Shown here: piece by piece, positions 1 through 9,900 of the stretch
Layout of the letters: every line of letters begins with the position of its first letter
How positions within the stretch are numbered: position 1 is the stretch's first letter
DNA from: Candidatus Woesebacteria bacterium
Lineage (GTDB): Bacteria; Patescibacteriota; Microgenomatia; UBA8517
Length of the DNA: 64,000 nt
NCBI GenBank assembly: GCA_963716475.1
Contig: OY970314.1
Span: 692,790-756,789 of the forward strand
Direction of reading: 5' to 3'
Translations under genes and position numbers: made by a program
Notes under the pieces: model-generated
Database searches by the model: none
What the model was told of the DNA's origin: nothing
Seen by the model: the letters and a program-made list of their open reading frames with translations, nothing else

Positions 1-261
1 ATGTTCTTTCCACTAGTCATATTCTAGGTTCTTAAGGCAAACTTGACAAGAAGAGGCTGTTTCTGAGAAAATACACACTCTAATACAATGGAATCATTTA
101 ACGGATCTGATGGAAGTTCTGACAATCACCCAAGCTATGAAGTGTTGCGACGGTTTGCTCTTAAATGCTCTGAATTGGGGGATCATAAAAGAGCACGGGA
201 GGTGTTAAGTATAATGGTAAGTAAGTGGCCGGAAAGGGTTATTGCCAGAGGCAAATCTGCT

Positions 262-1923
262 TCAAATGCGGATGTCCCTGACTCTAAGTTGGATACGTCG
301 GATACCACTCCATAAATCTTCTTCTACCTGAAACACGGCTTCAATAATTGATCCCGGAGCCAATTTAGAGTAATTTTCTCCCCCACCAAAGAATATTGAG
401 TCAAATATTTGTTCATGCTGCTTTAGTTTAAGTTTGAGGTGTTTTGCATCCCTCCCAACCGTTTTTGCGTCTATTACTTCAACTTTCCTACTTACAAAAG
501 TTGGACCGGGATTTCCCAAGCCGGTTGGTTCAAACTCTTTTATGCGTTCGACAAGGTCAACGTTAATATCTTTGAAGTCAAGTTCCAGATCAATTTTTAT
601 TTTTCTTTGTAAAATTTCCTTGGTTAACAGTTTTCCTGCAATTTTATTTATTTCTTTTGTAAAAACATCTATATTTTTTGTTTCAATGGAAAAACCGGCA
701 GCCATCGGGTGGCCCCCGCCCTCAATATAAAGTTTTTCAAGTTTTCTTATCGCCTCAATAATATTGAATCCGGAAATTGAACGGGCAGAGGCTTTAGAAA
801 TATTTCCGCTTTTGGAAAGTACTATTGCGGGACGGTAAAATTCTTCAACCAATTTTGCAGCGGCAAGACCGATAACTCCTTCGTGATAACTCTCATGCGC
901 CAGTACAATAACAAATTGTCTTTCAATGCTTTTATAGGAATTTCTGGCGTGTGCTACAACTTCGTCAACTATTTTCTGTCGTTCACGGTTGGTACGGCCG
1001 ATATTGCCGGCAATTTGGAAAGCTTTTACTTTGTCGCGCGTGCAAAGAAGTCTGAGAGATTCGAGACCGTGCTTAAGACGTCCCATTGAATTAATTCTCG
1101 GGGCAATCATAAACCCGACTTCGTATGGCCCGATTTCAGTCAGTCCTGCTTCATCAAAAAGTGCCAAAAGACCGGGCCTTTTTGTATGATTCAAAATCTC
1201 AAGACCGTATTTTACAACCGACCTGTTCGCTCCGATCAGAGGAAGTTGATCAGCAATTGTTCCGATTGCGGCAAGTTCCAGCCGGTTAATAATCTCCGAT
1301 TGTGTCATCTTGAAACTTTTCACAATTTCTCTCGCAAAAAACCAAGCAAGAGCCGACCCTCCAATCTTGGTGGTATAAATTAAAGCCAAAGGTTTGGGCA
1401 TTTTTTTACCGGCTTGATGATGATCGGAAATAATCATATCGACTCCCAAGTCTTTAACCTGATTAACTTTTTCTCCGGCAACGATTCCGTGATCAACCGT
1501 AATAATAAGACCGAGAGCGGGATCTTCCTTTTTTAATTTCTTAACGCTTTCCAAATTTAATCCGTATCCTTCGGAAAATCGTTCAGGAATGTGAGGTAAA
1601 ACGAAAATTCCAATATCGTGCAAAGTTTCCCACATCGTGGCCGTTCCGGTAATTCCGTCCGCATCGTAATCTCCGTAAATAATTACATGCTCGCCGTTCT
1701 TTTTGGCTTTTTTAATCCGTTCCAATGCCTTCTTAACTTCAGATTCTTTTACACCCAAAGATTTGAGGGATATTTTCATCGGATCAACAGGGTTAAAGAA
1801 CTCTTCTTGTTGTTTTACTGTTTTTATTCCGCGATTTTTTAGAAGAATATCAATAATTTTATCGCCTGCTACCTTACTCTTATACAATACTTCCCATCTT
1901 TTTGTATCTGTTTTCATCTCCAA
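262..1923 (-). CDS. recJ: Single-stranded-DNA-specific exonuclease RecJ (DHH/DHHA1)
   Basis: 553 aa; DHH motif (DHHQ) and DHHA1 GGGH motif; domain order typical of RecJ. Confidence 0.85.
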   Translation of the reverse strand: MEMKTDTKRWEVLYKSKVAGDKIIDILLKNRGIKTVKQQEEFFNPVDPMKISLKSLGVKESEVKKALERIKKAKKNGEHVIIYGDYDADGITGTATMWETLHDIGIFVLPHIPERFSEGYGLNLESVKKLKKEDPALGLIITVDHGIVAGEKVNQVKDLGVDMIISDHHQAGKKMPKPLALIYTTKIGGSALAWFFAREIVKSFKMTQSEIINRLELAAIGTIADQLPLIGANRSVVKYGLEILNHTKRPGLLALFDEAGLTEIGPYEVGFMIAPRINSMGRLKHGLESLRLLCTRDKVKAFQIAGNIGRTNRERQKIVDEVVAHARNSYKSIERQFVIVLAHESYHEGVIGLAAAKLVEEFYRPAIVLSKSGNISKASARSISGFNIIEAIRKLEKLYIEGGGHPMAAGFSIETKNIDVFTKEINKIAGKLLTKEILQRKIKIDLELDFKDINVDLVERIKEFEPTGLGNPGPTFVSRKVEVIDAKTVGRDAKHLKLKLKQHEQIFDSIFFGGGENYSKLAPGSIIEAVFQVEEDLWSGIRRIQLRVRDIRI

Positions 1924-1976
1924 GTATCATAGTATCTTAGTATCCTAATATCCACTCCTGAAGTATAATTAAGTTT

Positions 1977-3314
1977 ATGAAGACAGACTTACCCCGATCG
2001 GTATCGGATATATTAAACAAATTTAGCAAAGCCGGATACGAAATTTATATTGTCGGCGGAGCCGTACGGGATATCATAATGGGCAGGATTACGAATGACT
2101 GGGATTTTACGACCAATGCCACTCCGGAAGAAATTCTAAAGATTATTCCGGGAGGACTTTATAACAATCAATTCGGGACTGTTTTTACCGATAACCCGGA
2201 TGACCCGACGCGGCCCCATGAAATTACCACATTCAGAAAAGAGGAAGGATATATAGATTTCCGCCACCCGGAAAAAATTACCTGGGGAAAAAGTCTGGAA
2301 GAAGATCTGGCCAGACGTGATTTCACAATCAATTCTTTAGCACTCGACACAAATTTCAAGGTTATCGATTTATATAAAGGGGCTGATGATATAAAAAATA
2401 AACTGATACGCGCAGTCGGCAATCCTGACGAAAGGTTCGGCGAGGATGCGCTAAGAATGATGAGAGCCGTAAGAATTGGAGCGGAGCTCGGATTTATAAT
2501 CGAAGACAAAACTTTTGAAGCAATCAAAAAAAATGCACCCCTTATAAATAAAATTGCAAAAGAAAGAGTCAAAGAAGAACTTTTCAAAATCCTTGCCTCA
2601 CCAAATCCATATGACGGAGTCGTTCTTTTCAGAAATTCAGGGTTGATGCAGGAAATTTTGCCCGAAATGGAAAAATGCTTCGGGGTGGAACAAAAGTCCC
2701 CGGGCAGACATCACATTTATGATGTGGGCAATCATCTTTTAATGTCTCTAAAAAATTGTAAAAGCGAGGATCCGGTAACAAGGTTCGCCACATTAATTCA
2801 TGATATCGGAAAGCCGCTTACATATAAAAAGTTGGAAAGCGGAGTAATAACTTTCTATAACCACGAAATGGTTTCAACAAAAATTGCGGAAAACATCGCC
2901 GACCGGCTTCGTTTTTCCAACAAAGAGAAGGATAAATTTATAACCTTAATCCGCTGGCATCAATTTACCGTGGATGAGCACCAAACCGATTCTGCCCTTA
3001 GAAGGTTCATCCGGAATGTCGGGCTTGAGAACATTGAGGATATGTTGGCTCTCAGGGTTGCTGATCGACTTGGTGGCGGTGCGCGCGAAACCAGTTGGCG
3101 TCTTGAAGAATTTAAGAAAAGATTAATTGAGGTCCAAAAACAACCTTTTACTGTACGGGACCTGAAGATTGACGGACGGGACGTAATGAAGGAATTAAAA
3201 CTTAAGCCGGGTCCGGAGGTTGGCAAGATCCTAAACGACCTGTTTGATAAGGTTGTCGAAAAGAAAATCGAAAACGAGAGAGAGTCCCTCTTAAAAGAAC
3301 TAAGAAAAGATTAA
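1977..3314 (+). CDS. cca: CCA-adding tRNA nucleotidyltransferase / poly(A) polymerase family with HD domain
   Basis: GGAVRD nucleotidyltransferase motif near N-terminus, HD-domain HxxxD motifs, 445 aa. Confidence 0.8.
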   Translation: MKTDLPRSVSDILNKFSKAGYEIYIVGGAVRDIIMGRITNDWDFTTNATPEEILKIIPGGLYNNQFGTVFTDNPDDPTRPHEITTFRKEEGYIDFRHPEKITWGKSLEEDLARRDFTINSLALDTNFKVIDLYKGADDIKNKLIRAVGNPDERFGEDALRMMRAVRIGAELGFIIEDKTFEAIKKNAPLINKIAKERVKEELFKILASPNPYDGVVLFRNSGLMQEILPEMEKCFGVEQKSPGRHHIYDVGNHLLMSLKNCKSEDPVTRFATLIHDIGKPLTYKKLESGVITFYNHEMVSTKIAENIADRLRFSNKEKDKFITLIRWHQFTVDEHQTDSALRRFIRNVGLENIEDMLALRVADRLGGGARETSWRLEEFKKRLIEVQKQPFTVRDLKIDGRDVMKELKLKPGPEVGKILNDLFDKVVEKKIENERESLLKELRKD

Positions 3315-4186
3315 TGCTTTTTGAATTTTTTCTGGAGTTCATCCCAGGTAACCAATATCGAAACCGCAACGAAGGGTGAAGAGTATGCGCCGGAGATTGA
3401 TCCGACCAGAAGTGTTGCTACAAACCACTTTATGGTGGAACCGCCGAGAAGCAGAAGCGCAATCATCATAAATACCAAAACGAAAGTATTATTTAAAGAC
3501 CTGACCATTGTTTCACTTGACGCCTTGTTTGCCAGGTCGTAAAGACTTTCCCCGAAGTTCTTTTTTGATTCTCTTATCCGATCGTAAACGATTATTGTGT
3601 CATGAACAGAAAAAGAAAGGATAGTAAGAAGTGCCGTGACGAATAAAAGATCCACCTCCGCTCCGAAGAAATGTCCGAATAAAGAATAAGTTCCGATAAC
3701 CACCAAGCTATCATGAAGCATCGCCAACACAGCCGAGACACCAAACTTGAAACTCTTAAATTGTACCGCCACCCAAAGAAGAATTCCCAGGGAGGCAATC
3801 AGCATTCCGTACGCGGTTTTTTTGACAAGTTCGGGACCGACTGTCGGGCCTATTGTTTCAAAGCGAAGTTCATCTACTGTCACTCCAAGCTTTTCGATTC
3901 CCGCCTTTAGATCAGCCCTTTGGGTACTATTCACCTGGCCAAGATTAAGAAGATATGAACCCGTAGAGGTTTTCTGGATAGAAACGACTTCTACTCCATT
4001 ATCTTTCAATACTTTTTCGATCGCAGAAGTTTCCAAATCCTTATTCAAATGATATTCAATCAGGGTCCCCCCTTTAAATTCCACCCCTATTTGAAGACCC
4101 CATTTAACCAAACTAAAGATTCCTGAAAGTATTACCACTCCGGAAATTAAAAGATAAAGCCAGCGGTACTTCATCCAGTCAATCAT
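3311..4186 (-). CDS. secF: Protein translocase subunit SecF
   Basis: 291 aa polytopic membrane protein directly downstream of secD; SecD/F family sequence. Confidence 0.8.
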   Translation of the reverse strand: MIDWMKYRWLYLLISGVVILSGIFSLVKWGLQIGVEFKGGTLIEYHLNKDLETSAIEKVLKDNGVEVVSIQKTSTGSYLLNLGQVNSTQRADLKAGIEKLGVTVDELRFETIGPTVGPELVKKTAYGMLIASLGILLWVAVQFKSFKFGVSAVLAMLHDSLVVIGTYSLFGHFFGAEVDLLFVTALLTILSFSVHDTIIVYDRIRESKKNFGESLYDLANKASSETMVRSLNNTFVLVFMMIALLLLGGSTIKWFVATLLVGSISGAYSSPFVAVSILVTWDELQKKFKKH

Positions 4187-5510
4187 TTTTTCCTCCTTTC
4201 ACAAACACTCTCAATAAATTTCTGCTTACAAAAATTCCGGAAAAAAGGCTGATGAAGATTCCGAGTCCCAGCGTAATTGCAAAACCTCTGATCGGCCCAG
4301 ACGTATTTAAGAAACTCCAGTCAAAAGGATTTGCCAAAACAAAACAGGTAATTAAAGTTGCAGCATAGGCATCACGGATTGAATTCCAAGCCCTGCCGAA
4401 AGCAATCTCAAGAGCCTGGTGAAATTCGTGTTTCGGTTTTTCTTCTTTAAATCTCTCAAAAATAAGAATGTTGCCATCCAAGGCCATTCCCACCGAAAGC
4501 ATAAACCCGGCAATTCCGGGCAGAGTTACCGTAACGGGAATCAATTTATACAAAGCGACAGTTATAACCGCAAAAATGAAAAGTCCTATATCCGCAATTA
4601 CTCCCAATCTGCCGTATTCTAAAATCATAAAAAGACAAACCATAACCGCGCCGACAATTCCCGCCAAAACACTTTGCCTGACGGATGTGGCCCCGAGAGT
4701 TGCTCCGATTGTGGTCTCCTGAATAAGATTGACGGGAACGGGAAGAGCCCCCGCATTAAGCTGAATTGAGAGTTGCTTTGCTTCATCTATACTAAAACTG
4801 CCGGTTATTTGTGCACTCCCCCCGGTTATCTGACCTTCAACTACCGGGGCTGAAATTACCTGGTTATCAAGAATTATCGGAAGCTGTTTTCCAACATTTC
4901 TCCCCGTAATTTCGGCAAATTTATCCCCACCGTCTTTGGTAAATTGAATCGAAATTGAAGGCTTACCTGTTTTGTTGTCAAAAACAACCGCTGCCGATTG
5001 CAAGTCAGCTCCGGTTAAATTCGTTGCTTTTAGTGTTGCAGAGGGGGTTGCGCCATTCACTCCCGGTACTTCCACCACTTCTTCAAAAAGAAGCTGTGCA
5101 GTCTTACCTATCAGGCTTACCGCCTGCTGGGTGTCGCTTATTCCCGGAAGTTCCACTATAACTCTATCCTTGCCCTCAAAAACAGAGGTCTGAACAGTCG
5201 GTTCGGAAATTCCAAAAAGGTTCACGCGATTTTCGATAATGTTTTTGACACCATTAAGTGCTGTCGCCTGTTTATCCGGCGAGATTTTACTCATATCAGC
5301 CTGGAATACAAGCTGACTTCCTCCGGCAAGATCAAGCCCCAGGTGCAAATCAAATTTTCGCTGCAAAGTAAGGCCTCCGATTTTTATATACAGATCGGGC
5401 CTGGTAATATTTTTTCCGAATAATGTAACTTTTGGCGGAAGACAAACATACGTTGCCGCGAGAACCAGAATAACAATCAGTATGAATTTTTTAATGGGAG
5501 AGGAAAACAT
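4179..5510 (-). CDS. secD: Protein translocase subunit SecD
   Basis: 443 aa, N-terminal TM, large periplasmic domain, C-terminal 6 TM; overlaps secF start by 8 nt. Confidence 0.8.
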   Translation of the reverse strand: MFSSPIKKFILIVILVLAATYVCLPPKVTLFGKNITRPDLYIKIGGLTLQRKFDLHLGLDLAGGSQLVFQADMSKISPDKQATALNGVKNIIENRVNLFGISEPTVQTSVFEGKDRVIVELPGISDTQQAVSLIGKTAQLLFEEVVEVPGVNGATPSATLKATNLTGADLQSAAVVFDNKTGKPSISIQFTKDGGDKFAEITGRNVGKQLPIILDNQVISAPVVEGQITGGSAQITGSFSIDEAKQLSIQLNAGALPVPVNLIQETTIGATLGATSVRQSVLAGIVGAVMVCLFMILEYGRLGVIADIGLFIFAVITVALYKLIPVTVTLPGIAGFMLSVGMALDGNILIFERFKEEKPKHEFHQALEIAFGRAWNSIRDAYAATLITCFVLANPFDWSFLNTSGPIRGFAITLGLGIFISLFSGIFVSRNLLRVFVKGGKND

Positions 5511-5567
5511 GTATATAAATTTTTAATTACTCTTGAAGCATACCACAGTCAAAGCAAATTTTGGGAA

Positions 5568-6152
5568 TTAATCTACCAGATCTTCTTCGTTTCCGATGAT
5601 CATAAACCTGCTTCCCGAAAGTATTCCAAGCAAGAACGGATCGCGCCGCTTTTTCCTAAAATCAAACTCATCTCTTCCCATAACGGTATAATTTATTTCC
5701 CTGCTCCTCTTACTTTCTTCCGCTCTTATTATCGTAGCCAATTCCGGCAGAACCACATCTCCGACAACCAAAATATCAACGTCGTCTTCACTTTTACGGT
5801 CCTTGCCTTCAACAAGCCTTCCGGAAAACATAACAAACGCCACTTTCCCGATTTTATTGCGGTTTTCAATAATAGCTTTACCCAAACCTGTAGTCTTGGC
5901 AACTATCGAAATCAAATCACCGAAAAGTGAATACTCGGGTCTGATTGAATAATAAATCCTATTACCGCGCGGCTCTTTCCTTAACACTCCGTCATTTTCC
6001 AGTTTTGCCAGCTCCCGCCTTACGGCATTAATTTCTTCGCCTATCTCCCTGACAATGCCTCTGACATGGTAAATCTCCTTCAGGTTGGAGAAAAAAAGCT
6101 CCAAGATTTTAATTCTGACTTTGGAAGTGATAATGTCACCCAAATTGGCCAT
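5568..6152 (-). CDS. Winged-helix DNA-binding domain fused to a minimal-nucleotidyltransferase-like domain
   Basis: N-terminal ArsR/MarR-like wHTH; C-terminal G(S/G)..DxD-like motif (FSGRLVEGKDRKSEDDVDILVVGD). Confidence 0.45.
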   Translation of the reverse strand: MANLGDIITSKVRIKILELFFSNLKEIYHVRGIVREIGEEINAVRRELAKLENDGVLRKEPRGNRIYYSIRPEYSLFGDLISIVAKTTGLGKAIIENRNKIGKVAFVMFSGRLVEGKDRKSEDDVDILVVGDVVLPELATIIRAEESKRSREINYTVMGRDEFDFRKKRRDPFLLGILSGSRFMIIGNEEDLVD

Positions 6153-6192
6153 CTATTTTTGGAGCAGTCTAAATGTTGTAAAGTTACCTAAT

Positions 6193-7431
6193 TTAGTAAG
6201 TAACTTTGTTTTGAGCAGGAACTACCTCAACCCAAGTTTGTCCGCGAACTATCTGAACCTCTACCCCATTTGTATCATAAAAAACTTCCCTGTCAAGCGC
6301 CGAAGCCTTTTTCCAGGTTCCGGTTATAACCTGACCGTTTTGGAAAACCAGTGCTTTACCTGTCCCTATAACCTGATAAAACATGTGGTGTTCGGAATCA
6401 AGCGGTCCTTTCTCCGTCGCAAACATAATGGCTACATTTTTAGCTGAGAGTTGCGGTTTATCAAACTCCCAATCCACATGGGCAACCCCACCGTTAAATC
6501 TCAAGTAAGAATTTGTGGCCGAATCATATTTCCATTCAACATCATAACCCGGCATACTGTCCCAAAAGTTGAATTTAATATCCGAGGCAACCGGGGAGGT
6601 TGCGGCTTTGCCGTCCTGGAAGAGCCACTTTCTGAATCCTTGAGTCCAGATAACTCCGCTTGAATCCTTATAGCCAAGGCTACGTTTTGCAGCTTCCGCC
6701 CAGACCAAATCCAGATCCGCCACAACCGCATGCTCCCATGCCGAGGGGGTACTACTTAAACGATACTGGTCTCTGACAACTATCGGAAAACCGATATTGT
6801 ATCCTCCGTCAAAATTATTGCCTTGGGATCCCCCCTGCCAACCCAACTTATCAAAAAGCGTTAAGGCATTAACGGTAGGGTTTATCTCGCTTGCCGGTTT
6901 GACCCCTCCCGGACATGTACTGCAAATATTATTCGCCTCACCCTGGTGAAGAAAAATCGGATCTTTTCCGTAACCCGCGGCAAGATTAATAAAATATACC
7001 CTGGCACTCCTCAGAGGGGCTGCCTGAACATCTTCCGCCACCGCACCACAGTAAAATACCCCGACAAATCTGGTTATTCCGCCTTCGGCTACGGCTTCAT
7101 AAATAACATCCGCCCGGGAAAGTCCCGATTCAGGCCTTGCGTCAACATGGTTTTCAATCATCATTGTGATTGGTCGCCTGGTATTCCAAATGTCACTTTC
7201 CGCTTTTGTATACTTCTCGCCGTTAATCGGACATTCTTCCGTTTTGGGAAGATTAAGATTTATTTTTGTCTTTTGATTGATTGTAGACAGTAGCCCCGAA
7301 GCCCCCTTAGGATTTACCAGATAAAAGACAATAAGGGAAAGTCCTACTGAAACCAAAAAAAGACCTATAAAGCTCGCAATTATTATAAATTTTTTATTTC
7401 CCAAAAACCCCTTAAAATTATATTTTTTCAT
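6193..7431 (-). CDS. DUF3048-family secreted/lipoprotein (YerB-like)
   Basis: N-terminal TM/signal; sequence resembles the DUF3048 YerB family (recognition from memory). Confidence 0.5.
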   Translation of the reverse strand: MKKYNFKGFLGNKKFIIIASFIGLFLVSVGLSLIVFYLVNPKGASGLLSTINQKTKINLNLPKTEECPINGEKYTKAESDIWNTRRPITMMIENHVDARPESGLSRADVIYEAVAEGGITRFVGVFYCGAVAEDVQAAPLRSARVYFINLAAGYGKDPIFLHQGEANNICSTCPGGVKPASEINPTVNALTLFDKLGWQGGSQGNNFDGGYNIGFPIVVRDQYRLSSTPSAWEHAVVADLDLVWAEAAKRSLGYKDSSGVIWTQGFRKWLFQDGKAATSPVASDIKFNFWDSMPGYDVEWKYDSATNSYLRFNGGVAHVDWEFDKPQLSAKNVAIMFATEKGPLDSEHHMFYQVIGTGKALVFQNGQVITGTWKKASALDREVFYDTNGVEVQIVRGQTWVEVVPAQNKVTY

Positions 7432-7475
7432 GATATTCTAACAAGCTCCGCTTATGACAATATTCCATTCTATCA

Positions 7476-7934
7476 TTATCTGCTCTTTTGAGCATTAACT
7501 AATGCTTTCTTTTCTTCCGACGAGAGCTCAAACCCGCTTTTCCCCCTTTTAACATCTTTCATATATACCCTGGTCCTATCCCTCGTATGCAAACTGGTAA
7601 TAATAATTCCCGAATCGTGTGAGTCAAGAATTGCCAGGCTAAAACTGTGATCTCCTCCAAGCTCTTTAAACGGATTAAACCGGATTAATCCTACTTTTTG
7701 TATATGGAATTTTCCGTCTTCTTCAATAAGATCGACCCTTCTTTCCAGAGCTTTTATTTCGTCTGTATTAACGTCTCCCTTCGTTAAAACTTTTTCCAAA
7801 ACTTTCCTGAGATCGGAAACTTCTACACCTTTTGTAAGTTTGTTAAAAAGAGTAATAAAACGATAAAGGAAAAGGCTTAAGGCTAAAAGCCAAAGACCGA
7901 AAATAATCAAGATAAAATAACTCAGGTTTTGCAT
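7476..7934 (-). CDS. DUF4446-like membrane-anchored protein
   Basis: 152 aa, N-terminal TM helix, coiled-coil; family assignment tentative. Confidence 0.45.
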   Translation of the reverse strand: MQNLSYFILIIFGLWLLALSLFLYRFITLFNKLTKGVEVSDLRKVLEKVLTKGDVNTDEIKALERRVDLIEEDGKFHIQKVGLIRFNPFKELGGDHSFSLAILDSHDSGIIITSLHTRDRTRVYMKDVKRGKSGFELSSEEKKALVNAQKSR

Positions 7935-8309
7935 CCGGTTTTGGCAGGCTCAGTCATTTTTACATCTTGAAAAGTCGGTGTCAAGGAGATATAGAAGAAG
8001 ATGTGGCAATTAATCGGACCCGAAAAAATAAAGAAAATCCGCATTACGGATTCCTCGTTTCCTGGCAGCCAGACAGCCATTCTCAGGCACGTGTCAAGAG
8101 GGAATCGAATTCAGACAAAATTTCAGAATCAGCCACGAACAGGCACGGGGAAAAGGCCGTATCTATGGCACAAGGTGCGCTAGCCTTGGGTACCAAAAAA
8201 AGCATAATAAGAAGTCTGATCTTGATTAGCTTCATCTTAATCCTGGAGCTGGTGGTATACTTAGCCTGGAGAAAATTTGGTCTGTCCTAATGATAGGAGG
8301 TGAATATTA

Positions 8310-8447
8310 ATGATGTACTGTGTAAAGTGCCGCGCCAAGAGAGAAGGAAAAGACGCACAAGAAGTTACCATGAAGAATGGTAAGAAAGCTACAAAAGCTG
8401 TTTGTGAAGTCTGTGGCACAACAATGTTCAAGATCGGAGGCAAATAA
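8310..8447 (+). CDS. Small Cys4 zinc-ribbon protein (45 aa), not in ORF track
   Basis: MMYCVKCRAKREGKDAQEVTMKNGKKATKAVCEVCGTTMFKIGGK; strong SD (taGGAGGtgaatatta) 8 nt upstream; CxxC..CxxC; followed by an intrinsic terminator. Confidence 0.6.
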   Translation: MMYCVKCRAKREGKDAQEVTMKNGKKATKAVCEVCGTTMFKIGGK

Positions 8448-8473
8448 CCTTTAATCTGAATATTTTTTAAAGC

Positions 8474-8506
8474 AAAAGGGCACCGGTATGACCGGCCCCT
8501 TTTGTG
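8474..8506 (+). terminator. Rho-independent terminator after the small zinc-ribbon gene
   Basis: aaagggcaccggtatgaccggcccctttt: GC stem (ccggt/accgg, extended) followed by a T-run. Confidence 0.5.
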
Positions 8507-8518
8507 TTCCCCACTAAT

Positions 8519-9113
8519 ATGTATTTTTCTAAGGTTTTCAAAGTATTTGATAAACATTACAAGCCGATCCCCCTGGAAGTTTTCGGTTCCGATCCATACA
8601 AGACCCTTATCTCCACCCTTCTATCCGCCCGAACCAAGGACGAAGTTACGCTTGAGGCATCAAAACGTTTATTTACCAGGGCACCCAACTTAAAAAGTTT
8701 GGGTCAATTAGGTCAATCAGAAATTGCAAAGCTTATCTACCCCGTCGGTTTTTATAAAACCAAAGCCAGGCATCTTAAAAAATTGGCAAGTACTATCACC
8801 AGTGTCCCCAATTCCCAAAAGGAACTTGTCAAACTTCCGGGAGTGGGTGTCAAAACCGCAAACCTGGTTCTTAACCGCGCTTTTGCTATCCCCGCAATCG
8901 CGGTAGACACTCATGTTCATAGAATCAGCAACACTCCTCGGTTGGGTTCATACAAAAACACCGGAACAAACCGAAAAAGAATTGAATAGGATTATTCCAA
9001 AAAAATATTGGCCGGATATGAATAGGTTGTTTGTTTCCATCGGCCGCCAGTTTACTTCAAAGAAAAAGTTGGAGGAGTTTTTAAGAAAAGAAAAACTACT
9101 TCCACTTACTTGA
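8519..9113 (+). pseudogene. nth: Endonuclease III-like HhH-GPD DNA glycosylase, interrupted by a frameshift and lacking the 4Fe-4S Cys cluster
   Basis: 8504..8989 encodes the HhH-GPD core up to [10 protein letters not shown]; the conserved continuation ([16 protein letters not shown]...) is in another frame (8913..9113); the C-terminus has no cysteines. Confidence 0.55.
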
Positions 9114-9138
9114 CACTACAAATTTGGGATGATATACA

Positions 9139-9429
9139 ATGGGCAGAATGGCACCGGAAATTTTAACAGATAATTTTGTTTCTCCTTCTGCTTCTCGGGA
9201 GGCTGCGGTTGCATTCGTTAGAAATTACGGCAGGGAAGATGACCCCTCGAAACCGGCACAGGCGGTCCCCCTAAAAGAAATCATTGCACAAGGATCGCAA
9301 AGGAACTGGTGGTTCGGTCCGGAGGTGGATGTGATTAACTTTCTATATGCGAAGCAGGTCTTGGGTATATTCAAAATTGACCCCACCGGCCAAGAAGAGA
9401 CCGTTACCTGGGTTGGTAATAATCCTTAA
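9139..9429 (+). CDS. Hypothetical protein (96 aa)
   Basis: ORF immediately preceded by a TTGACA-17-TATACA promoter (leaderless candidate); no recognisable domain. Confidence 0.4.
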   Translation: MGRMAPEILTDNFVSPSASREAAVAFVRNYGREDDPSKPAQAVPLKEIIAQGSQRNWWFGPEVDVINFLYAKQVLGIFKIDPTGQEETVTWVGNNP

Positions 9430-9456
9430 TTATTAATACTTCCTCACTATTCTGTC

Positions 9457-9900
9457 TCAATCGGAGTAGATAATTGTGACAGGGCCATCGAGAACAGTTT
9501 CTATTTTCATATAATCCCCGAAGCTTCCGGTTTCGACTTTGATTCCGGTATCGTTAAGTTTTTTGACAAAAAACTCGTACAACTCTTTTGCCCGTTCTGG
9601 GTCTTCCGCATTTATAAAACTGGGTCTGTTGCCTCCTGACGTATCCGCATGCAGGGTGAACTGGGAAACAACGAGCATACTTCCTTTTACATCACTTACC
9701 GATAAATTCATTTTGTCATTAGGATCCGCCATCACTCGAAGTTTGGAAAGTTTGGCAGCAAGCATCTCAGCATCTTTTTCAGTGTCTCCTTTTTTAACTC
9801 CTACGAGAACAAAAAGGCCTTTGCCGATTTCCCCTACAGTAGAACCATCGTCAACTTTTACTACTTTTGCTTTTTCAACTCTTTGTACAACAAGACGCAT
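9457..9900 (-). CDS. dtd: D-aminoacyl-tRNA deacylase
   Basis: 147 aa; SQFTL and GNRPSF motifs; collinear with E. coli Dtd. Confidence 0.85.
   Translation of the reverse strand: MRLVVQRVEKAKVVKVDDGSTVGEIGKGLFVLVGVKKGDTEKDAEMLAAKLSKLRVMADPNDKMNLSVSDVKGSMLVVSQFTLHADTSGGNRPSFINAEDPERAKELYEFFVKKLNDTGIKVETGSFGDYMKIETVLDGPVTIIYSD

Noticed and set aside
7967-8290. 107-aa and 60-aa plus-strand ORFs in the 7.9-8.3 kb gap
   Set aside because: The ORFs overlap each other, have no Shine-Dalgarno sequence, and their composition is unlike neighbouring genes. The space is more likely non-coding.
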